Positions 13,171-24,800 of a DNA stretch of 64,000 nucleotides are shown piece by piece. The position numbers were made by a program, and so were the translations under genes. Numbering within the stretch: position 1 is the first letter of the stretch; each line of letters begins with the position of its first letter. The notes under the pieces are model-generated. The model was not told the origin of the DNA and searched no databases. It saw only the letters and a program-made list of their open reading frames with translations. Source of the DNA: Azolla caroliniana (taxonomy: Eukaryota > Plantae > Polypodiophyta); contig JBHGNT010000005.1 of NCBI GenBank assembly GCA_043228905.1, positions 19,034,001 to 19,098,000 of the forward strand, read 5' to 3'.

Positions 13171-16100
13171 CTGTCAATCGTCTTAGGACTTGTATAAATA
13201 GTGCTATTAAGCACGATGTATATACATAGAATTTTACAGAGTTGTTTATGATAGATTTAAGTTGTTCTGCTCTCTCTCTATCTTTGTCTCTCATGCGTAC
13301 CTTATGTGTGTTAATCTCTCTGTCTGTCTGTCTATCTCTCTCTCTGTTGCTATCCGGCTAAGCTGGTTGTCTAACGCTTCCGCATCTTTGTTTTTACATG
13401 GTATTAGAGCGCGAGGGTTGAGAACCTCTGCATCCGACATCAACATCTGAAGACAAACCCTAAGACCCGGTAAGAACAGAAAGGGAAGTGATGGACAGAG
13501 GAATGGCTAGCTCGCTCCCGGTGGAGAAGCTCGATAGATCTAACTGCGCATCTTGGTCATACAAGATGCACCAGTACCTGCTTGGGCATGGTTAGTGGAG
13601 CTATGTCGACGGAGCTAACGACACAACACCTGATGCGGCACACAAGGACTTCCTAGCGTGGGAACAAGCGCCCAAGAAAAGTGTGTACTGCTTTGCGTCC
13701 AGTGTCGTAGACCAGGTGCTAAGCCATGTACGAGATGCCAAGATGCCAAAAGAAGCTTGGGGAAACCTGAAGAAGGTTTTCACGGCAAGCACTATGGCCC
13801 GAAAGCTGCAACTCCGACAGGAGTTGAGCAATGTCCGATAGAAGGACATGTCGGTAGCCGATTACACAGCCCGAATCAAAGAGATCTATTACTCACTTGC
13901 CTCTATCAACGTCACTGTAGAGGAACATGAGATGGTGCAGATTTGTCTTGGGGGCCTATCGTCTAAGTTCAGAGCGTTCCGAATGGCGGTATGTACAAGG
14001 GAGAATACGCCGTCATTTTTCGACTTAGAGTCAATGCTCCTTGTAGAGGAGAACCACGTCGATGTGTCAACAAGTGCACCCACCGACAACCAGATGTTGT
14101 ACACGGAGGCGAATTGGCCCCGTGGGCGTGGTGGAAAAGGCGGGTCGGCTCGCAATGGTAGCGACCGGCAAGAGCAGGACCGAAGGCACAAAGAACGTGC
14201 TGACAACAGTTCCGAACCCCCCATAACCAGGGGGAGTCAAGGTGGTGCCGGAGGCCGGCAAGCAAATGCCGACACGGAATGTTGGTACTGTGGTAAAAAG
14301 GGCCACAAAGAAAGCGAGTGCTGGAAGAAGCGCGCTGATTCGGACAGATCCGGATCCGGCAAGGTCGACACAGAGAACCGGCAATACTCGCACTACGCAA
14401 AAGGATCGGGAGGATCCAAAACCGGAAAAGTCGGTAAAGGGCCAGCCTTGGTGATGAAACAGAGGCTAACTCGATGAAGAAGACCACTTCCAAATCGGAG
14501 GAAGTGTGGTACGTTGACTCCGGTGCGTCGAATCACATGACGAGCCACAAAGAGTGGTTCTCTTTCTTGGAGAAACCGGAACAACCGGGAGTCGTCGAAA
14601 CCGGAGACGACACTCCTCACCCAATAGTGCATGTCAAAGAAGTCCCTTTGAGCCACGTCAGACAGAGGGGGAAGCTGATGAACGTATTACACATTTCGAC
14701 TATCACGAAGAACCTGGTGTCAATCGGTCAGACCGTTGACCAGGGGATGTAGGTGCGGTTTATGCACCTTGGGTGCTTCATCGAGGAAGAGGGCCAAATT
14801 ATTGCGCAAGGGCACAGAGATGGGAGGATGTTCATCCTTGACACCAATGATGTGGGCACTGCTTTGTTCACCAAAGGACAAGAGATTGAATCAAATATTG
14901 ATCTCTGGCACAAACGGATTGACCACGTCAATTACCGGAGGCTTCAAGCCCTGCAAACGAAACAACTTGTTTTCGGTTTGCCGAAGTTCAATGGCCGGAA
15001 GGTCCAAATATGTGAAGCCTACCAACTTGGGAAGCAACACTGGCTTCCATTCCCCACCGAACGAAATCGTAGCCGTAACAAGCTCGACCTTATTCATTCG
15101 GATGTATGGGGACCGGCATAGAACGTTAGTCTTGGCGGGAGTCGATACTTCGTCTCCTTCATTGACGACTACAGCCGACACACATGGATCTACCTCATTG
15201 AGCGGAAGAACGAAGTCTTCGAGTGTTTCCGAAACCTGCAAAGCTTGATTGAACGAGAAACGGAGAGGAAGATCAAGTGCCTGCATTCAGATGGCGGGAA
15301 AGAATACTTTTCCGGCCAATTCAACAGTTATTTGCAGCAGAATGGAATTCGGAGAGAATTCAGCTGCAGGTACACACCGGAGCAAAACGGTGTGGCCGAA
15401 AGGAAGAACCGGTTGATTGTCGACGCGGCAAGGGCAATGCTGGAGGAGAAGAGCATGCCCCATTTCTATTGAGATGAGGCGGTCCGGACGACCGTCTACA
15501 TCCAAAACCGGATCAGTGACAAGGTGTTCGCGCATGAGCTGTATTTCGGGCGCAAGCCGAATTTGAGACACCTTTGGATATTCGGTAGTATAGCATATGT
15601 GCATGTGTTAGATGGGAAGCGGAGGAAGTTGGATGCAAAGTCAGAGAAATGCATCCTGGTCGGTTACTTGCATGAGCAGAAGGGGTATAAGTGTTATAAC
15701 CCCCAAACGAAGTAGGTTCGAGTTAGTCGAGATGTTGAGTTTGATGAGACGACATCATGGTATGCCTTACCGGCTCCGACTTCCAACTCCGACCCGATAC
15801 CGGAGGATGAGGCTAGTGAGCCTGAACCGGTCCAGTTAGAAGATGAAGGGTTCAAGACTCTAGATGTGAGTTCGGAATCGTTTCGGTTGAGCGGAGCCAA
15901 TGAGCGCTTGAGTCAGGATGACCAGTCAGATGAGGAACCGATGAGTAGTGGAAACTTTGCCGTGCTCTCCCCGCGCAAGGAACCGAGGAGACGGTTCACA
16001 CGCAAAGAGAAGGGGAAGAAGAAGATGCCAGAATACGCAACCGGCAACGTTGAGTCGGATCGGAGCGAATCCTACTCCAAAAAAGAAGAAGGCGGATCTT

Positions 16101-18143
16101 CGGCAACGAAGACTGAACCGGCCAAGAAGGGCCTCAAACCGGGTAACGATAAATTACGCCGGTCTTCCCGCGAGAAGAACCCCGTGAAGCGGTACGGGTA
16201 CAATGAGTACATGGCGCATCACTATGTGTACATGACCAAGGACCTGGGGGACCTTCACTATTTCTTGGGGATCGAGGTGATCCGAACCCCCGACGGCATA
16301 TTGCTCTCACAAAGACACTATGTGTTGAATATGCTGTACAAGTTCGGCATGACGGAATGCCGACCGATCTCCACACCCCTAGACCATAACCAGAAGCTCT
16401 GTCCCGACTCCAGACCGTCCTGCAATGAGAAGCGGTTCCAACAAATTGTCGGAAGCCTTATATATTTGACAATTACCCGACCTGACATTAGTTATCCGGT
16501 CGGCATGATCAACCAATATATGCAACAACCGACCGAGGAGCACCTTCTGTGCGCGCATCGAATTTTGCGATATGTGAGCGGCACAAAGGACCGGGGACTG
16601 TTATACCGGCATGGTATAACCGAAGAGCTAGTCGGCTACACCAATGCCGACTGGGCCGGCGATGCATCGGATCGCTGATCCACCTTCGGCTATATGTTTT
16701 CCCTTGGTAGTGCGGCTGTTGCGTGGAGCAGCAAAAAGCAACCAACAGTGGCCCTTTTGAGCACTGAGGTTGAATACTGGGGCGCTACAATTGCTACCTA
16801 TGAAGCCATTTGGCTTCGGCGATTGTTGCAAGACTTGCGGATCGAGGTGCTGACCCCGATCCTGATCTACTGTGACAACCTAAGAAGCACGCAGCTCGCC
16901 AAGAACCCCGTATTCCATGCTCGCACAAAGCACATAGAAGTGCATTACCACTTCGTGCGTGAGCGTGTCCTGAGCGGTGAAGTCGAACTTCGGTATGTTC
17001 ATACAGATCAGTAGGTTGCCAACATCTTCACCAAACCGCTCGGATCGGACAAGTTGTAGCACTTCACCGAAATGCTTGGTGTTCAGCATCTCGACGTGCC
17101 ACACTTGAGGGGGAGAACGAGCAAAGACACCGGAACGGGCAAAGGGAAAGAAACTGCCGATTGCGCCGGTGAGGGAAGAACCGATAAAGGGAGAGACAAG
17201 AAGAAGAAAGGAGCCGAGTTGACAAAGGAAGTTGACACATCCAAACAAGTCAGAACAAGCGGCAACGGCAACAGAGTCAAGAAGGACAAAGCCGACCGGA
17301 AGAAGAAGGCCAAGACCCGGACATGGTCCGATGTGGTGAAGGGCCTGGAACCGGAAGACGAATTGGGAGCCACCGATTTGGACAAAAGCTGGAACGAATT
17401 GGAGACAATCGATTCGGTTCAACAGACGGATTCGGAAGAATTGGATCAATTCAAGGCCATGAGGACGAGAAGGCAACGAAAGTCGACGCCAACATGAAGG
17501 AATCAACGAATCAGCAAGCGCCAAAGTCACAATAGCGAGGGAGCTGAATTGAGCCTGTTGAGCAGACAAGCTGATCGAGGAGGTCGAGGTGCGCAAAATC
17601 AGAAGGGTTGCGGCAAACGGGACCGGACTGGACGAGGAGCGCGAGCGAGGCGGAGTGACGCTAGAAGGAGCCGGGTGGAAGGACTGGTTGCCATGGAGGC
17701 TGACACTACGATCTGACCTCAAGTTGAGCTTGAGGGGGAGTGTTGAGCGGCAAGCTCAACCGGATCTGGATCGGCATATGGAAGGATGAGCCGGATCGGT
17801 GAGCCGGTTAGCTAGATCAAGCAGTAACCGGAAGCCTAGTAGCAGCCTAGACTACTAGGTAGTTAATGTCTCGTAGTTAGTGTCAGATGCTCGTGTGAGC
17901 ATTGAAGTACACTGTACCTATGCCAGTCCTCTTAGGATTTGTATAAATAGTGTTGTTAAGCACGGTGTATGTATAGAGAATTTTATAGAGTTATTTATGA
18001 TAGATTTAAGTTGTTCTGCTCTCTCTCTCTCTCTGTCTCTCTCTGTCTCTCATGCGTACCTTATGTGTGTTAATCTCTCTCTCTCTCTCTGTTGCTATCC
18101 GGCTAAGCTAGTTTTCTAACACTTCTGCACCTTTGTTTTTACA
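12965..18143 (+). mobile_element. Copia element C inserted in the RT of B
   Basis: LTRs 12965-13398 and 17741-18143; TSD AGTCG; PBS tggtattagagc 13399-13410; PPT 17730-17740; gag CWYCGKKGHKESEC, WYVDSGAS, INT; RT N-half deleted near 16235. Confidence 0.92.
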
Positions 18144-18235
18144 AGTCGTAGGTGTTGGGGACAAGGCCGTCAATGCAGAAGTCCAAGCAACATTCGTGAT
18201 GAAGAAGAACCTGTGTATGCGCATATGCAAGATAG

Positions 18236-18269
<34 letters not shown>

Positions 18270-19335
18270 GCACAAAGACAACATTATATTCCAATAGCAA
18301 CAGTTACAAAAAATGACAACCAACAACAACCTTAACTAAAGGTTACAATGTCACTTTATATAGTGACTATCTTAGGTCAACTACCCTTTATGCTATTTAC
18401 AGAAATAGCCCAAACTTGGGCTGTCCAAAGGAACAGTGTGAATACGGCCATTATACACTCGTATTATACACTCGTATTCGACACTCCCCCGTAATGGGTG
18501 TATACATGGGTTATCTAAAAAAATTACAAGTATATACAAGGTTTACCGAACATATTGGTTTTGTTAGAGTCGGCACGATCCGAAGACAGAAGACCGAACC
18601 GGTCGGATTGGAAGAGCTGAAGCCGATCCTCAAAGAACCGATGTCGGTGGTCCGAAACCATCCTGTGTTGTGTGTCTGACTTTAACCAGACCAATTTTTC
18701 GTTACGCCCATCTGGTGCCGAAGGGATTAGAAACGATCCACCGAAAGACACTTGGTCATTCCATCTGCGACATTATCGATTGTGGATATTTTCTCGAGAC
18801 CGATTTTCCCTTAAATGACACAGTCCCGAACGAAGTGATATCGAACGTCGATATGCTTGGAGGCATTGTGGTGAACTGGATTCTTTGACAAAGCAACAAC
18901 ACCCTGACTGTCGCTGTAGACAACTGGAGTCGATTCGGAGTCGAACTGTCGAAATGTGTGCGCCAGCCGACCGAGCCATAAAGCTTCTTTTGCCGCGTCG
19001 GACGCAACTACATATTTTGCTTCGGTCGTTGAGGTGGTTGTGCATTCCTGAAGTTCCGACTTCCCCGAGATTGCTCGATTGCCGAATTTGAAATAGTATT
19101 CGGTTGTTGATTTCCGATTGTCCACGCAATCGACGAAGTCCGAGTCGGTGTAACCGACTACGCCTGAGGTTGAGTTCGGGCCAAAAAGAATGTCGTGGTC
19201 TTTTGTGCCAGCTAGATATCTGAACACATGCTTGACTGTGTTCCAGTGCGATCGGCCTGGGTTGTGCATGAATCTGCTGACGACTCCTACCGCGTGAGAA
19301 ATGTCAGGCTGTGTCGCGACCATCGCGTACATAAG

Positions 19336-20075
19336 TGACGGGAACCCAACGTTCCTTATGCACGACGCTCGGCCACAACTGAGCGTAGAGTGATACACAG
19401 AAAACGGGAAGTAAAACACGACACAAAGGAGAGGAAGATATACACACACTACACAGGAGGTTTACGTGGAAAACCCCAAACTAGGGGAAAAACCACGGCA
19501 GTTACACACTCTCTCTCTGTACAGTTACACACTCTGATTTCGTGCAAGACAGAAATTGACAACAACCTAAAAGTTTGCCCTAAGTCATATTTATACTAAT
19601 ATGACTTTTCAGCTATTTACAAATATAGCCTCGATGGGCTCTCAGAAACATATTTACGAATATGTCTCTTCCTCCGGTTCTCACCGGTTCTGCACCATCC
19701 GGCTCTCCGTAGCCGGGTACTCCTCATCCGGTTCACACCGAGCCTGCACCATCCGGCTCTCCGTAGCCGGGTACTCCTCATCCGGTTCACACAGGGTCTG
19801 TATCATCCGGCTCTCCGTAGCCGAGTACTACTCATCCGGTTCACACCGGGCCTGTATCATCCGGCTCTCCATAGCCGGGTACTCCTCATCCGGTTCACAC
19901 CGGGCCTGTATCATCCGGCTCTCCGTAGCCGGGTACTCCTCATCCGGTTCACACCGGGCCTGTATCATCCGGCTCTCCGTAGCCGGGTACTCCTCATACC
20001 GTTTCGGCCTCGGCCGAGTTTGTTCGTCGGCACTGTTCTTCTCCCTTCCCATCCGGAGGGACCTGTCTCCCAACA
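19336..20075 (-). mobile_element. Solo LTR inside the RT of D
   Basis: TG...CA ends with TSD ATAAG (19331-19335 and 20076-20080); removing it restores YAPAVGSLMYAMVATQPD. Confidence 0.92.
19674..19997. repeat. 6 x 54-bp GC-rich tandem repeat in the solo LTR
   Basis: Unit ccggttcacaccgggcctgtatcatccggctctccgtagccgggtactcctcat. Confidence 0.95.
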
Positions 20076-23000
20076 ATAAGGGAGCCGACTGCCGGTGCAT
20101 ACGGTACCGACTGCATATCTTCCCCCTCTGGACCGGATGTCGAGCAATCTTGCTGAGACAGCCGAAGGTTAATGGGGAGCGGGGTCGAAGCAGACTTGGC
20201 CGAGTGCATGTTGAAGCGTTCCAAGACACGGACGATGTAGTCGGTTTGAGACAAGAAAAGTTGTCGTTTATCTCGATGCCAACTAATCTTCATACTGAGT
20301 ACGTGGCTTGCCGGACCGAGGTCCTTCATGGCAAACTTCAACCGCAGTTTCTGAACGAGTTTGGTGAGCTCTCCGGCATGTCGGCCGGAGAGTAGCATGT
20401 CATCCACGTAAATGATGAGGAAGACGGGAGACCCGTCTTGAGCTGTTTTGGTGAAGAGACAGTGGTCCTCATCGCTCTTGGAGAAGTCGACCGACTAGAT
20501 GAAGTCGTCGAACTTCTTGTACCACTATCGGGGTGCCTGTTTCAAGCCGTATAAACTCTTCCTGAGTCGGCAAACTAGATGTTCCTGGCTGGGTGCCACA
20601 AAGCCTTTCGGCTGCTCCATATAGATTTCCTCCTGTAGGTCACCGTGGAGGAATGCCGTTTTTACATCTAGCTGAATCAGCTCCAAGTTGTCGGCGGCCA
20701 CGACGCCGAGCATGAAATGAAGGGTTGTCATTTTCACCACTGGTGAAAAGATTTCGTCGAAGTCGACGCCATATTCTTGTCTAAATCCCTTCGCAACTAA
20801 TTTGGCCTTGTACTTTTGGTTGGTCGAGTCAGACATCTCTTTTAGTCGATAAACCCACTTACATGGAAGAGCACGTCGATTCTTCAGTAATTCGACCAAG
20901 TCCCAGGTGTTGTTTGCCCGAATGGAGTGCATTTCCGACTCCATCGCTAGATGCCATGTGGCTGAATCGGCAGATGCTGATGCTTCTTCATAAGACGTCG
21001 GTTCACCGGCGTTGGTAAAGAAAATTCCGGGAGAGTACCACTCCGGAGGTTGCGACAGTCTCTTGGATCTGCGAGGTATGACTGGACTAGTCGCATCGGG
21101 TGTCGATGTCGAATGGTTGGGAGCCGAGCCATTCGGCTGTGCCGAATCGGTGGATTCGATGCGATAGTTGTCAATTACCTGTGAAACCGATCTCATGTTG
21201 TGGGTTGGGCCTTCGTGAAGGGTTGGCACTTCGGAAAATATTACCCTTCAGACTTCAATAGGCCTTTCGGTTGTTTTATGCATAGTTGACTCGTTGAACA
21301 CGACGTCCGAACTTCGGACGATTTGTGTGTGTTCGGGGTCCCAGAGTCAGTATCCGATCTCGCCATCGGGTCCATATCCAAGGAAAACGCATTTCCTTGA
21401 TCTTGGTTTGAGTTTCCGGCGGTCGTCTTTCGGTATGAGGGCATACGCCTCGTAGCCGAAGATCCTCAGCTTGTCATAATTCGACTTACTGTCGGTCCAT
21501 GTTTCCTGAGGTATTTTAAGTCCTAGAGGTCTACTTGGCGACATATTTATTATGTGTATTGCTGTAAGTAGAGCCTCTGCCCAGAAGCCATCCGACAATC
21601 CGGAGTGTTGGAGCATGGATACTATGTGTTCTTGAATCGTCCGATTCATGCGTTCAGCAATTCCATTCTGCTCCGGACTATAGGGTGTTGTATATTCACG
21701 CCGAATGCCGCGTTCCTGACAAAATTTGATGAATTCTTTAGACTTGAATTCTCCTCCGTCATCGGTTTGGAGACATTTCAGTTTCCGACCGGTTTGATTT
21801 TCGACCATTGCAAGCCACTCGGAGAAGATCGAGAACACCCGATCTTTGGTTTTGATGGGGTAAGCCCACACCTTCTGAGTCGAGTCATCAATAAAACTGA
21901 CGAAGTACGAAGCACCACCGAGAGGCTGATGTGGCATCGGGCCACAGACGTTCGAGTGGACCAAATCGAGGGGACTCGATTCTCTTGGTGCTGATGTCGG
22001 GTGTGATGCGGCTACCTGTTTGCCGTACTGGCAATGCTCGTAGAATTGGTGATCCAAGAAGGAGAGTTTGGGGATAGAACCAGTTCTGGATAGGTGCGTT
22101 ATGCCGGCCTTGCTGAGGTGTCCAAGTCGTCCATGCCATAACGATGACACGAGGATATCAACGAGAAATAAGTCACCCTCTTTGAGTGTGACATATAGAG
22201 GGTACAAAGAGTTTACCTTTGGTCCTCGAGCAAGCAGGAGGTTCCCTTTGTGGAGTGTCCACCCTCCTGATGAGAACCCGGCACAGATGTCGGCTTCGTG
22301 AAGTTGTCCAACTGAGATAAAGGGTCTTGAGAGCTCAGGAACATGTCAGACGTTGTGTAGTATGAGTGTAGAGCCACTCGGAAGGTTGAGCTCTACAGTG
22401 CCGATTCCGATTATAGCACAGGGCTGCGAGTTTCCGACTCGAACTGAGTCGGAGTGCCGGTCCGAGTATTGCCGAAATTGAGATCGGTGAGGTGTCACAT
22501 GATACGATGTGCCTGAGTCCAGGAGCCATGTGCTCGATTCCTCAGTTGTAACCAGAACTTCTGATTCGACTGGGTTCTCTATGGACAATATGTTTGGGTC
22601 GGTCATCAAAGTTTCAGCTGAAGAGCCGACGTAGTTGACCTCCTCATGCCGGCTACTCTTTTGATCCACTCTCTTAGCTTTGTTGGTTTTTGCTTTGAGT
22701 GCTCGACTGTTGGCTTTGATGTGTCCCGATTTCTTGCAGTAATTGCAGATTCGGTTGTCCCAGGACTTGCTCCGTCTTCGCTGATTGTTCGGCGGTTAGG
22801 AAGAACTTCTTCCCCGGTTGTTCGATTGGTCGGTCGAACATTGTACTACGTAAGCTTCATCTGCCGAGTCTTTGGTGAAAGAATTTTTCCGAGTTGCTTC
22901 AGTCAGGATTGCGCTCGTGACTTCGGAGTACTTAACGGCAGCTGTTGAAGCATTGCACACGGTTGTAACGAAAGTTTCCCATGAAGAAGGGAGACTACTC

Positions 23001-23409
23001 ATGAGTATCATTGCTCTGAGTTCATCCGTGATTGTCGTCCCCTGAGACAAGATTTGGGAGCTTATGCTTTCGTACTAGTTGAGGTGTGCCTGAACCGAAT
23101 CATATTCTTTCTTCCGCAAGTTGTAGAGGCGCCAGATTAGATACATCTTCGTTGCGGCGACCTTCTTTTCATAAGTTTCCGACAGTGTTTTCCAAAGTTC
23201 AAAAGTTGTCGAGCACGATTGTATTGTGAAGTACACTGACTCCGACAAGTGCATCCAAATCGTGGTGCGGACAATTCTGTCCAGGCCACTTGTTTGCATT
23301 TGTTCCTTCCAAAAGTTGAAGTTCGAACCATCGAACCTCCTTAGACTCATCTCCGATGAGCCGGATGTTGATGCCCTTTTATCTTTTATCTTTACCTAAT
23401 TCTCAACCT

Positions 23410-23840
23410 ACCCTTACCTATTTTCAACTCTACCCCTTCCCTAACTTTTCGATATTTCCACTATACCCTCCCCCTTACTTTTCCTTATCTTTAACTCTAC
23501 CCCTCCCCTAACTTTTCCATATTTTCACTATACCCTCCCCCTTACTTTTCCTTATCTTTAACTCTACCCTTCCCAAACCTTTCCATATTTTCACTATACC
23601 CTCCCCCTTATTTTTCCTTATCTTTAACCCTACCCCTTCCCAAACTTTTCAATATTTTCACTATACCCTCCCCCTTACTTTTCCTTATCTTTAACTCTAC
23701 CCCTTCCCTAACTTTTCAATATTTTCACTATACCCTCCCCCTTACTTTTCCTTATCTTTAACTCTACCCCTTCCCTAGCTTTTCAATATTTTCACTATAC
23801 CCTCCCCCTTACTTTTCCTTATCTTTAACTCTACCCCTCA
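23410..23840. repeat. ~6.5 x 67-bp C/T-rich tandem array, decaying to ~24400
   Basis: ctataccctcccc starts at 23461, 23528, 23594, 23661, 23728 and 23795. Confidence 0.95.
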
Positions 23841-24610
23841 CATTTTAACTTTTAGCATCCTCCCCTAATTCAGTTTCTCCTATTTTCCAATTCTACCCCT
23901 CACCTCTTAATTTTTAGCCTCTTCCCCTCATTCTCCTTTTTCCTATTTTCTAATCCTACCCCTCCCCTCACCTTTTATTGTTTCCAAATTATTATTTTTT
24001 TTTCTAACCATCACCTCCCCCTTATTTTTCCTAATTTGATCTTCTACCCCTCCCTTTACTTTTTCATTGCCACTCTAACTTTACCCCTACCTTTCCCTAA
24101 CTCACGCCAAGTATATGAAACGATTTGGGTGTGCTTGAATCGTTCTTGGTGATCTTTTCACTTCATTCCCACTTTGTCAATTTGCTCTACCCCTGTCTCG
24201 TTCACTAATTTCAATCTACCCCTTTCCCCCTTCCTTTTTTCTAGAATTACATTCATACCCCTCCCTCTTTTAGTAAATTTCTCGTACCCCTCCCCCTTTC
24301 ATTCTTCTTAATCTCACTCTACCCTTTCCTCCTCCACTTTAATTTCCAATATACCCTCCAATTCTTCCTACCCCCCTCCTTTTTTCAAAAATCTCCATAC
24401 ATTCTAACGTACTTCACCATCCCTAACTCCCACCTCACACACTTCTCTCTTACCCTTCCTCTCTCTTTCTCTCTCACACTCCCCTACATGTTTTTCAAAT
24501 AACCCCAAAAAATCTTCTATCCCACACCAAATATATCAAACCCCATATCTCCTACATCATCAAATTTGAACACACACACACACACACACACACACATCCC
24601 TTATCTTCCC

Positions 24611-24618
24611 TATATAAA
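24611..24618 (+). promoter_or_regulatory. TATA box upstream of the hammerhead
   Basis: ccc-TATATAAA-cccc, 13 nt before stem I. Confidence 0.55.
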
Positions 24619-24631
24619 CCCCTCCAATTCT

Positions 24632-24693
24632 AAATGGTCATGTGCACTGATGAGCTCCTTAGGAGCGAAACTAGTTTGCCACATCGACCATTT
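24632..24693 (+). ncRNA. Minimal type I hammerhead ribozyme
   Basis: Stem I 5' AAAUGGUC-AUGUG-CA; core CUGAUGA 24647-24653; stem II GCUCC-UUA-GGAGC; GAAA 24667-24670; minimal palindromic stem III AC-UA-GU; GUU cleavage triplet (after 24676); stem I 3' UG-c-CACAU-c-GACCAUUU. Confidence 0.88.
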
Positions 24694-24768
24694 CTTTGTA
24701 TTACTTTTTAAGTTTCTTAATATGAATTAGTTTTTAGTCTATTTCTCTCTCTCTCTAAACTTTGTACA

Positions 24769-24800
<32 letters not shown>

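Noticed and set aside
16880-17722. 280-aa antisense ORF in copia C
   Set aside because: Shadow frame of purine-rich sequence; no recognisable domain
19674-19997. 54-bp repeats as a CRISPR array or ribozyme array
   Set aside because: Contiguous units with no unique spacers, no cas genes, eukaryotic LTR context; CGGAUGA without GAAA is not a hammerhead core
19601-20395. 264-aa repeat ORF
   Set aside because: Artefact of a stop-free 54-bp repeat running into antisense RT sequence
22268-22290. Other CTGATGA occurrences (also ~9187, ~26107, ~52030)
   Set aside because: No stem II + GAAA or closing stems
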